Source of the DNA: Geosiphon pyriformis uo1
Taxonomy: Eukaryota; Fungi; Glomeromycota
Length of the DNA: 64,000 bases
Direction: 5' to 3'
Assembly (NCBI GenBank): GCA_016748015.1
Contig: JAAOMT010000627.1
Coordinates: 435,386 to 499,385 of the forward strand
Made by a program: the position numbers and the translations under genes. The notes beneath the pieces were generated by a model. The model searched no databases. It saw nothing but the letters and a program-made list of their open reading frames with translations, and was not told where the DNA came from. This document shows positions 1 to 14,264 of this stretch, one piece after another. The stretch's first letter is position 1; each line of letters begins with the position of its first letter.

Positions 1-499
1 AAAATATGTATATATATAATAACTTTTTAATTAAAAAAAATACAAACTAACAAAAAGTTAATTAAACAAAAAAAAATTAAATTATAATTTCAAAAAAAGG
101 TAAAAAGCATGCCTTTTTAACTTTATATTATAAAATCTATTAATAACAAAATCAGTAAATCGAAAAAAATTTTTTATTATAAATTAGAGCCTTAATAAAA
201 ATCTAAAAGAAATTATTATCCTTTCATTATTGCTTTCTATTAGTAAAAACAATAATAAAAATATTCAACATAATAATAAAGCATAAATAAAATCTAAGCT
301 TAACAAAATTAAAAACATATTAGAAAAATATCAACTATATACAATTACATAAAATTTATTTGTAGTAATATTTTGGCCAAAATTAACAATTAACTTAAAA
401 ATTCAAAATAATTTTTTTATGTTTTGGAAAAATAATCTTTAATCAAAATTATTTTCAAATACTAATTTTATTAAATTCTGTTTTTTTTTAATTTTCTTT

Positions 500-3400
500 A
501 AATTTATTAAAAATAGAATACCATTTTATTACAAGTAAAAAAATACAGATATCTGATATTAATACAATATAAAAAAATATATCTGTAAGAGTCTTAAAGA
601 AAAACATAATTAAAAGTATAAAAATATAAAAAAATTCTTTTTAAAAAACTAATATAGTAGTAGTTACTAATAGCAATTTTAATGGAAACAATATACAAAA
701 CATTAAATTAAATAAAAAAACACTTACCAAAAAAATTATTCAATACTTGTTAAAAATTAAAAAAAACTTATTAAACTAATTTTTAAGTTTTTAAATAAGA
801 AAAATAGTAGTAATTTATTAAACAAAAATCTAACATAAATTAAAATAATATTTATTAAGACTAATATACTTATCTATATATTATAATTAGATAATTTTCA
901 ATATTATTATTTAATTTAAAACCATATTTAAAATTAATTATAATATAATTTTTAAAAAAACTACTTTATAACAATGCCAATATCTAAAGTCTCTAAAAAA
1001 AGAGTATCCAATACCAAAAATAATAAAAATAAGCAAGTTTTTACTAAAAATTTTCACAGTTTAACATGACCAAACAAGATTTTAAATTACATAAAAGCAT
1101 TTTTTGAATAGGTAAAAATATAATTAAATAATTTAATATTATTATATATTAAACATAAAATATTCAAATAATTTTTATTATAAAGTTTTTTCTTAATTAC
1201 AATTGGCAATTTTTATAAACAATTTTTATTAAATATATATAAAAAACAACCAAAAGTCTGTTAATAAATCTAAAACACATATGAGAGTTTAAATATTAAA
1301 CCAAGACAATACAAGCTTAGTTTATGTTTTAGATAAATCATTCACAATTTTTGCACTAAAATCTGTTTTTCATAGAGCATAACAAATTGTTTAATAAATA
1401 TTGCAAACAAAATAACAAGTTTTGTTTAATCTAACTGAATTATTAGTTAAGATAAATCTTTTATAAATCTTAACAGAAAAAATTAAACAAAATTATATTA
1501 TAATATACACAAAAGCATTTGTTTAATTATTGTTAACATTATTTAAATGATCTTTAATCTTTATTTACTTTACAAAAATATTTTTTAATTTAATTAAATT
1601 AACTATATAATAATATTCTATTCAATACTTATTTTAAAAATCAGACTAATTAAGCTTAAGCTTAAGCTCCAAAATACATGTATTAATTGCAGTCTGATAG
1701 TTTATATGCAAAATTATTAAGCAAAAAAAAAGAATATTTTAATACCAAAATAATTGTCTATAATTCTCTTATTATTAAAGACAATAACTCATATATCTTA
1801 ATATTTATATTTATTTTAACTTGAGAAAAGTAAGCTAGAATTTTATTAGTCACTTTTGTAGTATCCAATTTTTTTTAATAAACTATTGATATAAATATTT
1901 ATTATTTTTATCTATAACTTATACAAATGTTTTTAAATATCTAAAAAAATTTTTAAACTAAAAAAGTTCAAACAGTCAGAGCTAAAAATAATCCCATTAA
2001 ATTTAACAAAGAAATTGTTTATGTAAGTTAAAATTTTTTTAAATTATGATAAAACTGAATTCTTAAAACACAATTTTTTTCAATAATAAAAAGTTTTTTA
2101 ATCTATAACCAATGTTTTTATTTTTATTTTTATTAAAGTTTAATAAGTATAATTTAATTGCTATCTAGTATATAAAACCAAAGCTAAGAGTTCCAATTAA
2201 ATACAATTTACACTCTTTCTATATATAACCAGTTACTTGAACTAATTAAGAATACACTATGTTAATGCTTTAAAAAAAACTTACCCAAAAAAGACATTTT
2301 TTAAGCAACTTTAAATAATATAGTATTATTAAGAACCAATTTTACTAACCAACTAATTATTTTAAATATATTAGACTTGATATTAGTATATTTATGCTTC
2401 CAAAGTAACAGCAAATTAGAAAACATATTATTATTAATAACAAACAAATTTACATGAAAACTAAACATATTAATATTAATAAAACCACAATCATTTTTCA
2501 GCACAACTATATTATGTTTTAGCTTACTTATAGTTTTATTAAAAATATTTATATATATCAAAATTTTATTAATCTTGAAACCAAAAATACTGCTTAATAC
2601 AAAATCACTTTTTACAAACTGTTCAAACATAGTAATCAATATACTAACAATATTAACAATTAAATTAACCAAAGTTGACAACTTAACCAAATTAGATTTC
2701 AAAAATGCCAGCAAAAAAAAAACCAAAAAATTAACAACAACTATAAAAAAAAAAGCAGAAGCTACTAGAAAAAAAAGCATTAGAGAATTAAAAAAACAGA
2801 GACCTTAACATAAGACTTAGTACTCACAAAATATAGAACAAATATCTTAAAAGCCTTAAAAAAAAAAAATAAAGAAATTCTATAATCTATGGCCAAATAA
2901 CATATTTTTTAACACCTAAAACAGCATCAATAGTCAAAAGTTTTCTATTAAATATAATACTTCTTTAGTATACCAGTTTTGATTACAGCAGTATTCAAAT
3001 CAACTTAAGATTCAAACATAATTAGAACAAACTGAAAATAATAACTAGAATCAAAAAAGTAAAGAATAAAACATGTCTAATTTTTAACTTAAGAAATCAT
3101 ATTAATAATCTTAAAAACAATACAACCAGAGTAAAAATTAATTAACTTGGTCTTAAACTTATCATTAAATATAATAGTTTTATTTTAATTCACCAAAGAA
3201 AAGATTTTAATACTATTTTTATTTACTAAAACTGATTAATAATTCAAAGTAAATACAGCAAAGTCCAGTTTTTTAAAATGAATAATTATATATTGCCAAA
3301 TTTCAATAGGTTTTAGCACAACATAAGCAATTTTACTAAACATATTAAGAGCTGTTTTGATATCAGCAGCAAATATATTTAAAAACATATTATACAGTGT

Positions 3401-4400
3401 AATAGCAACAAAAAAAAAACCAGTTTTAGAAACCATCAAAAACTTGACAATTTTAAAAGTAGCCAAACAAATAAAACTTGTAAGCTTAACCTAAAAAGCT
3501 GTTTTCAAAAATTTCTAAAAAGCAAACTCTATACAAAAAGGTTTTATATTGTCCTTTAATACGAACTTTACATCCAAAAAACCATATACAGACTAAAAAA
3601 CAGTCTTAACATAAGCCAATTTAATTTTAAAAATAGCATTAGACACCAGAGTAAAGACCATCTATTCAGTAAATCTTTAATGACTAAAAATAGTTTTCTA
3701 AGCACTACTAATAACAGTACCAGAAACCAACAAAAAATAATTCAGTTTCTATTTGGTTAACCCAATTCTTAAGAACAGATAACTCTATAGGAGATAATTG
3801 TTTTGTTTCTAAAATTAATAATAATCTATTAAAAGACACCATATTTAACAATATATCTAGTAGTTGATTTTAGCCTATGTTAAACAATATACTAAATAAT
3901 ACAACAGAAATTAAATTTAAGATTTCATTAGAAACCATAAAAAAATTTAGTGTAATAATAGCAGAGATAAGCAATTGTTCTTACTTTTTTAAATCTTTAA
4001 TCTTTTTAACCATATTTTTTGAAAAGATAATGCTAGCAGCACCAAATATAAAAATTAAAAAAAGAAAAACCAGCTTGTTAACTAGTTTGTTATTAAAAAC
4101 TTTTGGGCTTTTAGATAGGGTAGAAGCAATATTAAAACTAATTTAAGAGTGTCTTTTTGAAGAAACTTTGATTGATAAAAAACCAGCCAAAGATAAAAAA
4201 AATGGTTTAATAACTACCAAAAGCAGCTTTTTATAATTATTAAGTAAAAGAAAGACTTTTAAAATGTTTTGTCTAACTGCTTTTACAACAGAAAGAACTT
4301 TTTTGGTTAAAACTTTATAAGATATCAGTTACAGTTTTTTTATTCTTTGCTCTAGTCATAATTATAAAATTAAGAAGACAAAAAGTTTTAATACCTTTTT
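500..4400 (-). mobile_element. Highly decayed, internally deleted LINE-like (non-LTR) retrotransposon relic
   Basis: Minus-strand remnants parallel the better-preserved LINE at 6600-9825. RNase H-like NIYINSLLKK (from IYTDGSL) lies near 1870-1900, and ORF1-like sequence at about 2800-4370 resembles 33400-33870. Boundaries are approximate. Confidence 0.55.
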
Positions 4401-6599
4401 ACCAAATTATTATTATTAAAATCTAAATTATTTAATTATATTTTTATTTATATTTAATTTAATATTAAAACTTAAAGTTTTTAAAAAATTATTATTTTAA
4501 CAAAAATATTTTTATTGACAAAAAAATTTGAATTTAATATTAAATATATTATTAAGTAAATTATTTATATTTTATTTTATTTTAAGATTAACAACTTGTT
4601 AACTTGAATTTTTTTCAAAATACTAATGTTTTTTTAATTAAAAAATTTTTTTTTGATTTTAATATTTAAAAAAAAAGAATATTTATTAATTTTATAACTA
4701 AAATAATTAAACCAATAAACTTAACAATAAATTTAATTAACAAAGTAAGTTTAATTAATTCAAATTTTAAAAAAACCAATTTAAAACTTATTATAAAATT
4801 AATATTAACAAAAAATAATAGTCTTTATATATAATTTTATATTAATAATATAACTTATAAAACATTTATAATATTTTTAATATTATTTACAATAATTACA
4901 AAAAACAATAACAATAAAAACAAACTAAACAGAAAACTTAATAATTTTAAAAGTAAAAAAAATAATTTAACAAACTTAATTTATATAGTAATATTTAAAA
5001 AAACTTAAAATATAAATTTTATACAAAAAAATTTAATATTTTTTTAATAAATAATTTTAATTTTAACTTTGTAGTTTTATTAAATACTAAAATAAAACTA
5101 TTTATTTATTTAAAAACTTTTAACAATTTATAATAGTTTTTTAGCTATTATTAAAAAAAATTTTAAAAAACAAATAATTTAGTTTTTATTTAATCTGTTT
5201 AATCTTTAAAATTAAGTAATTAATAAACAAATAAATTAAAATTGTATATAAAAACATAACTTTTTTTGTTTTTATAGTTAATTATAATTTAATAAATAAA
5301 CAAAATTAAATATTAATTTAATATAGATTTAATAAATATATTTTTATTATTATTTAAAACAAATAATTAATTATTATTTATAGTTAAAATACTAAGTATT
5401 ATAATAAATTTGGTAAAAAAATTTGAATAAAAAAAAAGTTGGTTTTAATATTATTAAAAACACTAATAATTAACTTAAAAAAAATTGGTTTTTTATTATT
5501 TGAATAATTAAAAAAAAGTTATAAAAAAAAATAACAATTTAATTACCAACTTAAAATTAAAAATTTTAAAGCTGTTTAAGATAATAATAACTATTTTTAA
5601 TATGTTATTTTAATAGAAAAAACTTTAATTAAAGCCAAAAAGATGTTTTAAAATTAGCAAAAAACCAATTTATTATAATATTATTTAAAAAAATGCTTTT
5701 ACAAAATACTATTAAACAGTTTTTATAATTGTAAATATATTTTTGATAAAAATATTATTAATAATTTTAAGTATTAAGATATTAGTAATTTTTTATTTTA
5801 AATATAATTTTTTTTGTTTAATTTATAAATTTAAATATTATTTAATATAATATATTAAATTAAGTAACTTAAATTAAATATAAATTATGTACTTTTTATA
5901 TATAATTAGATATTAATTTAATTTAATTTAAATTAAACTAAATTAAATTTAAAAAAGAAAATCTATATTAAAAAGATATTTTATGTATAATTATAATTAA
6001 AAAACTATTATTTACTAATTTACTTAATTATTTAATAGTTTTATCTAAATATTGTTTAATTTTAAAAAATTAATGTTCTTATAAAATTATTAATTAAAAA
6101 TAAATATTTTTATTTAATATATAGTTAATATTATTTATTAAATTAGTTTTATATTATATTTAGATTTAATTTTAATTATTTTAATATTAATTTTGCTTAA
6201 AATTTTATCAAAAATAGATAATTTATTATAAATAAATACAATTAAATTTTTAATTTTTATATATATAATAGAAAAAATATTTAAAATAATAATAATTAAT
6301 ATAATTAATAAATTAATTGGTTTAATAATAAATTTAATTAAAGCAGTTAAATTTAAGATCTGAAAATTTAAAAAATTTAATTTAAACTTAATAACTAAAT
6401 TAATAACAAAAATATTTAAAAAAACAACAAAAAAAAACAAAAATCTTAGCATAAGATTTTTTATTAATAAAAAATAATACAAAAAATTTAAAGTTAATAA
6501 CAAACTTAATAACATATTATTATAAACCAATAAATTTTAATTTAACTAAAATAACAATACTAAAAACACCAAAAACATTTTTAATATATATATATATTT

Positions 6600-9500
6600 T
6601 TTATTAATTAATGAATATAGTTTAATTACTATTTAATATACAGAAACAAACTAAATGAATCTAACCAAATGTGGCTCATGTATTTATTACATATAATCAA
6701 TTATTTGGGCCAATTAAGACAACATTATGCACTTATATATATTTTTACAATATTACAAATTCTTGAAAAAAAATAACAAATCTTATATAAGCCAAAACTT
6801 ATGGCAAAAAATTTAACAATACTAAACAAATAAACAATCTCTGTAGATAAACAACAAAATATTTTGCAAAAAAAGAAAAAACTACTTTCATATTACTTAC
6901 TAAATCATTCTTTTATATATTTATCCTAAATTTCACTCTAAATTACTATAGTTCACTTTAATGTTTTTTAGCCAAACATTGAGCAAAATTAATTACCATT
7001 AATATAACTTTCTCCCTATTGTCACAAATTAAAATCACTTTATTTGTCCAATCTTTGAAAACAAAATCTTTATATAAAGCCATATAAACACTAATATTTG
7101 ACATCTCAGAAAAAAGAGTTTATAACATTAAAAATGACAATAAAGAACATCCAACTGTCAAAGATTTTTATGAGTAATTTTTGTTATAAAGTCTTTTTCT
7201 AACAGCAATAGACAGTCTTTTGTGAACTATTTTTATTAAATATATATGAAAAGTAGTTAAAGCTTTGCTTATAAATCCTAAAAGCATATATAAGTCTAAA
7301 TGCCAAACTTTTGCAATACTAGCCCAATCTATATTACTAATTATTATTTTATCCATAATTTCAGCATTAGGACCAGCTTCTTATTAAGCATAAAAAACAG
7401 TCTAATAAATATCCCAAACAAAATAACAAGTATTTTTTAATATTATCTGGTTATTAATTACAATATATCTTTTATTAATCTCTTTAGAGAAAACAAAACC
7501 TGAATGTATTGCTTTACATATAATAACATTAGCTTTGTTATTATCTATATCTTTCAAATAATCTTTAATCTTTACTTATTTAACCAAAATATTCTTAATT
7601 TTAATCAAATTAACAATATAATATCTTTCTACTTAGCACTTGTTTTAAAAGTCCAGCAAATGCAGTTTAATTTCTAAAGTACATATATTCAAGACTGATT
7701 AACTGTTTATATATACAATTACCAAGCAAAATAAAGGCACATATTTCAATATCAAAGCAATTACTTGAAGTTTTATTAATGTAAAAGACAGCAATTTATA
7801 CATCTTAACATCTATACTCATCTTAATATTAGAAAAATAAGCCATTATCTCACCAGTAACTTTTATAGTATCTAAATATTTTAAAGATTTGTCTGTATAA
7901 ATATTAAAAACATCAGTTTACAGTCCATATAAATATTTTTTAATATTTCAAAAGCCTTTTGAACAAATAACATCTGAGCAGTTAGAAGCAAAAACAATTA
8001 CATTAGTACTAACAAAATAATTATTTATGTAGACTAAGACTTTTTTAAATTACAAAGACACTGAATTCTTAGAACTTAATTTCTTCTAGTGATAAAAAGT
8101 TTTTTAACTTACTACTAATCTATGCTTATCTAGTAATCTGTTATTAAAGACAATACCAAAATACTTCAAAAAAAGAATCACATTATAATAAAAGAAGTTC
8201 CCTAAAATCTTAAATATAGAAAAACAACCAGTATTACAAAATACACAAGAAAATTTGTTGGTTAAAAATATCTTATTATTCAAAAAAATTTTTACAATAT
8301 TTGCTAAAAAATTGTTTATAAAACTGACTTTTAATCTAATGAAATATTGCAAAAAATTCATTAGAGCTTATTCTAAGACTTGCAAATTCAGAAAACAATG
8401 TTTAAACAATTGACTAAAAATATCAGACATATTAAAAAATCCAATCAGTAAAACAATTTTGTTTTTTGCTTGTATCTGTTTAAATATTTTAAGTCCATAA
8501 AAATAAAGATAGTATAATGCCTTATTAAGAAAATCTCTTGGCAAGTTAGTCTTAAACTTTAACTCTTTTTTCAACATAATATTTCACTTTTGATATACAT
8601 TTTTAGATATAAAACCAAACTGTGTCTAATAACTAATAATGGGTTGTAGAATTGTTAAAACCAAATATAAAAACTGTTAATTAGATAATATTTTTTTGAG
8701 AACCAAATTAGAAAAAAACTTGATATTTAAATATGCTTTGCTTAAACAAACTCTCTGTTAACAAAAAAATATCCAAGTATCAGTAAGATTTACCATACCT
8801 AGCTATAAAAATTGGCCAATTACTAATGTGAAAAGAAGTATTTATGATCTTTTGATTAATAAAAATTTTATTTATTTTAAAAAACTTATTAACAATATTC
8901 AAAATATACTGTGTTAAAATCTGACTATTCTTCACTCAAATTATGTTATTAACAAATATATCTGTTGTAAAAAATAAAAATGTGTTTTTACTTACCTTTT
9001 CTTTGCCTATTTTTGCCACAAAGTTTGTATTAATTCTGTATTTATATAAATGCTTCTGTCTTTTAATTTTGCATAGCAAAAGATCATAAAAAATTCTTCA
9101 CAAGAGTAATAAGAAAACTTTATTTTAATTTAGTCTATTAAGCACTCTATATTCATCTAAAAGACCAAAATTGGTCATTATTTTGTTGATTCTATTTACA
9201 TGTATATTTTTAAAGAACTTAATAAACTTATTACACATTTTTATTTATTTCAAACTAGTTTCCAGATGTTACTACTTAATTGAATTATAGGTTTTATAAA
9301 TATTCTATAAAACCAGCCAAACTTTTTGATTCTTTTTCAAAACATCTTTTACTATAAATCCAATTACAAATACAAAAGATTGAGTAGAAGTGCTTTTTAA
9401 GACTAAAAAGTTATCATCACAAAAAACATTATACCTAATACAAACAAATGAAATATGGTCCAATAAAATCTTAAATGGTATTTTTTTAGCTGTTTTAATA

Positions 9501-9825
9501 AGTATAATAAACTATGTATTTGTTAAGATATTTTTCTATTTATATGGTTTAGAGATTATTAAAACTCATGCTTTTTTTTAAAAAGTTAAAACATTACCAA
9601 ACACCAAATAAAAATTCAGCAAACTTAATAAACAAGCTAATATTTAATTACTATAATACTTTTAAAGTTCATTTAATATGTCTAATAAACCAGCTGCTTT
9701 GCCATTAAACAAGTTATCAATTATCATAACTATTTTATACATATTGATTTCATCTATTACTTCAGAAAAAACATTTTTTTTTACATAATTCAACAATGTG
9801 TATTGTCAAAATTAAATGATAAACA
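6600..9825 (-). mobile_element. LINE ORF2, 3' part (RT, RNase H, 3' UTR), pseudogenised; continues the LINE at 29503-32900 that was split by element A
   Basis: The minus strand gives decayed RT motifs NGKAAGLLDILNEL*K (about 9660-9710), ILTNT*FIILIKTAKKI (about 9480-9530) and WLVL*NIYKTYNS (about 9280-9320). RNase H motifs are FNIYTDKSLK (about 7880-7910) and KIKDYLKDIDNNKAN (about 7530-7575). The frame reads through the empty insertion site of element A. Confidence 0.8.
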
Positions 9826-9829
9826 GCAT

Positions 9830-10654
9830 TGTTACTCATAGAAAGAAAACAGATATAGGGAAATAGTAAACCAATAAATGAATAGCATGTAGCATATGAG
9901 CATATTGCTTAGCAAGGTAGAGCAATGTCAGAAAACATAGCACATTGCTCAGCAATGTGGAGCAATGTTAAAAAATTAGGACATATTGCTCAAGAAATCA
10001 TAGCACATTGCTTGGGAATGTGAGCAATCTCATAGAACATTAATTATGTATATATAGTGGTAGCATTAGAAGTAGAAAGAGCAGAATCCTTTAATTAGAA
10101 ATTTTCTATCCACAAATATTAAATAAATAAATCATTCATCATCCAAAACCACTCTCCATTATCAACACTTCATGTTGATAGTAATTGATACTTAACCACA
10201 CTGGAACAATAGCTTTTGATCATGGCTATTGACGGAATACTAACTTGCAATTGCTTTTGTTTATTTGTTTATTTTCTTTTATTTTCTTTTATTTCTTTTT
10301 GTTATTTTTTTTGTTTTACTAATTGATTAAAGAGTTAAGCACTAAGTTATTGATGTCAAGAATAGCCTGATAAAAGACTCTAAAGGAAGGGTATCGAAAT
10401 TGAGAATTTAAAAATAGTTTATCAGAAAGACATCTCTGCCAAGATTACTGGCCACCACGCTGAGAAAAAAATTCAACAGAATTGCAATTCTGGGAGGTTA
10501 TAGGAAAGACAACAATTAAATCTCTGTCTATTATACAAAGAACTCCACAACAAAATCTTCAGATCATCATCATTATTACCAATGACAATAGCTCTTAAGC
10601 ACCAAGTTACAGGTTTGTTATTTGACTTGAGACCCCAAATAATCATTTGTAATA
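9830..10654 (+). repeat. 5' LTR of element A (825 bp)
   Basis: Direct repeat of 28688-29502. It starts TGTTAC and ends GTAATA (CA>TA). It contains palindromic TTGCTnAGCAA repeats, a TATATATA box near 10049 and AATAAA near 10122. Confidence 0.95.
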
Positions 10655-10656
10655 TT

Positions 10657-10673
10657 TGGTGCTTTCTGTGAGG
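10657..10673 (+). promoter_or_regulatory. Primer-binding site of element A (TGGTGCTTTCTGTGAGG)
   Basis: TGG starts 2 nt after the LTR end. The sequence is nearly identical to the PBS of element D. Confidence 0.8.
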
Positions 10674-13438
10674 TATAATCCTACAGAGAACCAGCACCAA
10701 CTACACCTATCCCAAAAGTGGCAGAATCAGAAAGTATAGGAGCAAACCATTTAGAATTCACAAAATTCTTATTTCAACATTACTGTCAACACTTGGGATT
10801 AAACCAAAATCATATATCAGCAGAATCAGCCTTCAATTTTTATGTCAATGAAAGAATTGCCTATTTGTTAGAAACACCAGTAAACACTAAATCAGCAAGA
10901 AAAACCTTTTACCACAAATTAATCCAAAACACCAGCTTACCAACAAATCATAATTTTGCATCCATCATTACTGAGATTAACAAAAAAATTGAACATCACA
11001 CACAACAAAGATACCTAATCACCTATGCAAGCAAAGACAAAAAAAAACTACAAATACCAACAGTAACACCTTAACAGATTTAACCACCCACTTGGAAGAA
11101 ACACAAAGTTGAATTATCCACAAATCTATCATATCATTATACTCTTGAAAGCACCATCAATATCACATCAGCAGACATGTTCACATTAAACGTAACCTCA
11201 ACATTTGGATGATTTGCATTCTAAAGTAAACAAAAGAAAACAAACCTACTAGGACCATATGATGAATACTTCAAGGGATTTAATTCATGATCACCAACCC
11301 CATCAGGACTTTAATCACTGTTATTACCACCAGATTTTGGAATTTCTGATCCATGAAAAATAACGGAATCAGAAGAAGAGCAAGAAAAAAAATCTAAGGA
11401 TCAAAAATTTACTTACCAAAACCTGATTCCAGAAAATCCAACAATTGAAACCCTGAATTTCTAAGCTCAGCAACATTTAGATTTAGAAAATCCGGAAATC
11501 AAAACCCCAAATATTCAGACACCATGAAATCAAAACAATCCAAACCCTGAATTAATTAATTAGCCAAATTTACCTTCAGTAATCGTCATTAATTAGCCAC
11601 TAATTGAACCAATCATTGAACCAATTCAACCTCCTCAACAATCTCAGCAGCTGCTTCAACAGCCACAACAACAACTTCAACAACCAAACTTAGATCCAAT
11701 AGTCTATGCTCCAATAGCAAAACTCAAAAAATTTACCAGCGAAGAAGACAATGCCCAAATCTGGCTCAATGACATTGAAAAAGCCATTACAGCCAATGGA
11801 TAGAATAATGTAAGAGCACTCCAAGCTATCTCCTATTTTCTGCAAGATACTACTGACTTGTGGTATCAAAGTTTAGTCATCAAACCTCAAACATTCCAAG
11901 AATTTAAAGTTGCATTTCTGGGATATTTTAGTAATAATAATAGTATCAACTGCCTAGCCAACACTTTCACCACCATCAAACAGAGAGAAAATGAAGCAGT
12001 TACCACTTACTTAGGATGTTTCTACAGAAATCTGTACCAAATCCAGGCCATACAGGCTGATTATTTTACAGCGCCACAGATTCTGAATTAATTTATTAGA
12101 GGTCTGTACAGTAGCATCCTTCAACGCATTCGTCCAATGCATCCAGTAGATCTTCAAGCTGCCATTACAAATGCCAGAAATTTTGAAGCTGCTGAACTCG
12201 AAGCCAACCATGCCCATACAGTAAATTTAGTAATGAATGAATCATCTGAACTGGATTCCAAATTAAAACAAATCAGCGAATCAATCAAAAATTAGAGGGA
12301 TACTTAGCTAACACCAATCAAGCCATTTATTAACTATCTCAATGACACAACAATCAGGGAAACAGAAATTACTCCCAAAATTAGTCATGTCTAGTATCAT
12401 CTTTGACCAATCAACAGTAGTAGCAAGAAATGTGTGCATGCCATTATTGTGGTAAACAAAGACATTTACAATTTGAATGTTGAAAAAAGATAAGTGACCA
12501 GAGATTAGCTAATCAGTATCGAAACTTTGATCGCCAACTACAAACTCAGAATTACATCAGTAATCAATCAAACTCAGCTCTATATCAACCAAATTACCTA
12601 CCTATGATACAGCCAATATATCAAACCCCAATAATGCAGCAATTATACTTACTTCCAATCTATTAGCCTTCAGCATCAATTTATTAACTGCAGTCTCAAC
12701 CCATTTATCAGCTGCAGTTTCAAGTAAATTATCTGCCCTAACAAAATTAGACACCACCATATAACTTACTTCAAAATGGAACTCAAAGACCAAGATTAAT
12801 ACAACAGAGCTGGAAATCATTGATGGTAGTTTATCAACCAATCTCCAGTTCCATAAACCTGCCATTAGGATCTTGACAATGAAATTTGGGCACTGAATAC
12901 AGCCAAAACCCGAATGCACAACACTATTTAAATCTTTTGGTTACCCCAAAAGATGCCTCACCCAACAACACAGCAACCAACCAAAAACAACTAATCACTA
13001 GCAACATACCTCCAGCCACTGTTACCAATGACAAATCACTAGCAGCAATCTTTCTATTCGAACTCGAGGAAACTACACCAGTCCTATTATTTAGTGGAGC
13101 TATTCTTGACACCAAACTAATTACTGCTATGTACATTGATGTGAAAGTTGATGGTCATGCTATTAAACAGATCCTAAATAGTGGATCAACTGACAGCATC
13201 ATTACAAAACAACTCATGGACCAATTAGGTTACCAAGTTGATTGCGCTGCCAACACCAGGATTATAACCACTGATGAAGCGACCAAAACTCCAATTGGCG
13301 AAATTGATAACTTCCCTATAGAAGTCAATAGCATCACCATTCCCATCAAAGTCTTAGTCATGGAAGCCACTTAATACCAAGCACTAGTTAGTAATGATTG
13401 GCTATCCAAAACCAACACATTACTTGACTGGAATACAC
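10672..13438 (+). pseudogene. Element A gag (extra N-terminal domain, Q/P linker, capsid, CCHC knuckle) and most of the aspartic protease
   Basis: Capsid-like ORF at 11858-12091, zinc knuckle CHYCGKQRHLQFEC at 12439-12480, and protease ILNSGS (from LDSGS) in ORF 12886-13374. Many CAA/CGA>stop changes. Cut at 13438 by element B. Confidence 0.85.
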
Positions 13439-14251
13439 TATTATGGAATGGTTTTCTTGGTATATTTTAATTGTTGATTTTCCATTTTAATTGCAATCAG
13501 TCTTTTGTAAGTTCTTCTATTATGTGTTGAATATTAATAATAATGTACTGAAGGTTTTTTTTTGATGTTGTAATGTAAGTCTTTTCTCTAGTTCTAGTTG
13601 TCTTTGTATGTTGTGTACTTCTTCCCAGAGACTAATCTGAAATCTACTTGTTGTCTGGAGTTTTCTCTGAGGCTATCCCTGCAATTGTTTAATGTGTTTC
13701 TCTAATCTAAAAACACGAAATGTTAATGGTTTTTTTGCGATTTCCCTAAGTATATAATAAGCTTTTTTCAATTTAATTAGTAGTCACATGAATAATCTTG
13801 ATCAGGGATTATTTTTCCAAAGAGTTTAAAGATGGAATGATAGTTTTATTCACTAAAGAGAGTATGTGAATTCTATTGTTAATCTTGTAATTGTGATGTT
13901 TATTCAATTTATTATTTTTATTAATTCTTTTTGAATAAGATTTTATTTAGATATTTGTTGCTTTTAGTTAAAGCTTGTTCTTTTTCATTATTAAAAACTA
14001 TTGTATATATATATAATTATTGTTTTACAAAATAATGTCTTGTAATACTCTATTTCCGTTATTTCTAAATAGTGCTTGTTGCTATTGTAAAATAGTGCTT
14101 GCTGCTATTGTACAATAGTGCTTGATGCTATTGTAAAATAGTGCTTGCTATTATTTGTAAATCATTTTTTTTTATAAATTGTTGCTATGCTATTTCATAA
14201 TTGGCTAATTTATATTATTTATAACTCCTATTAAATTCTTGAACTGTAACA
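13439..14251 (-). repeat. 3' LTR of element B (813 bp)
   Basis: Repeat of 22240-23029, carrying four copies of a 23-bp U3 unit. Confidence 0.95.
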
Positions 14252-14264
14252 TTATTCTCTCCTT

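Noticed and set aside
4400-6600. Hydrophobic or Lys/Asn-rich ORFs in extreme AT tracts (also 42620-44000 and 47900-49600)
   Set aside because: They are composition artefacts of heavily decayed repeats with no recognisable motifs.
10580-10720. ATG-initiated frame in U5 (MTIALKHQVTGLLFD...) running into the PBS as a possible gag start
   Set aside because: Its frame relative to the PBS differs between A and D and it is interrupted by TGA. It is kept only as one option in the gag-start finding.
14065-14155. 23-bp tandem repeats that look CRISPR-like
   Set aside because: There are no unique spacers, they lie in LTR U3, and the context is eukaryotic.
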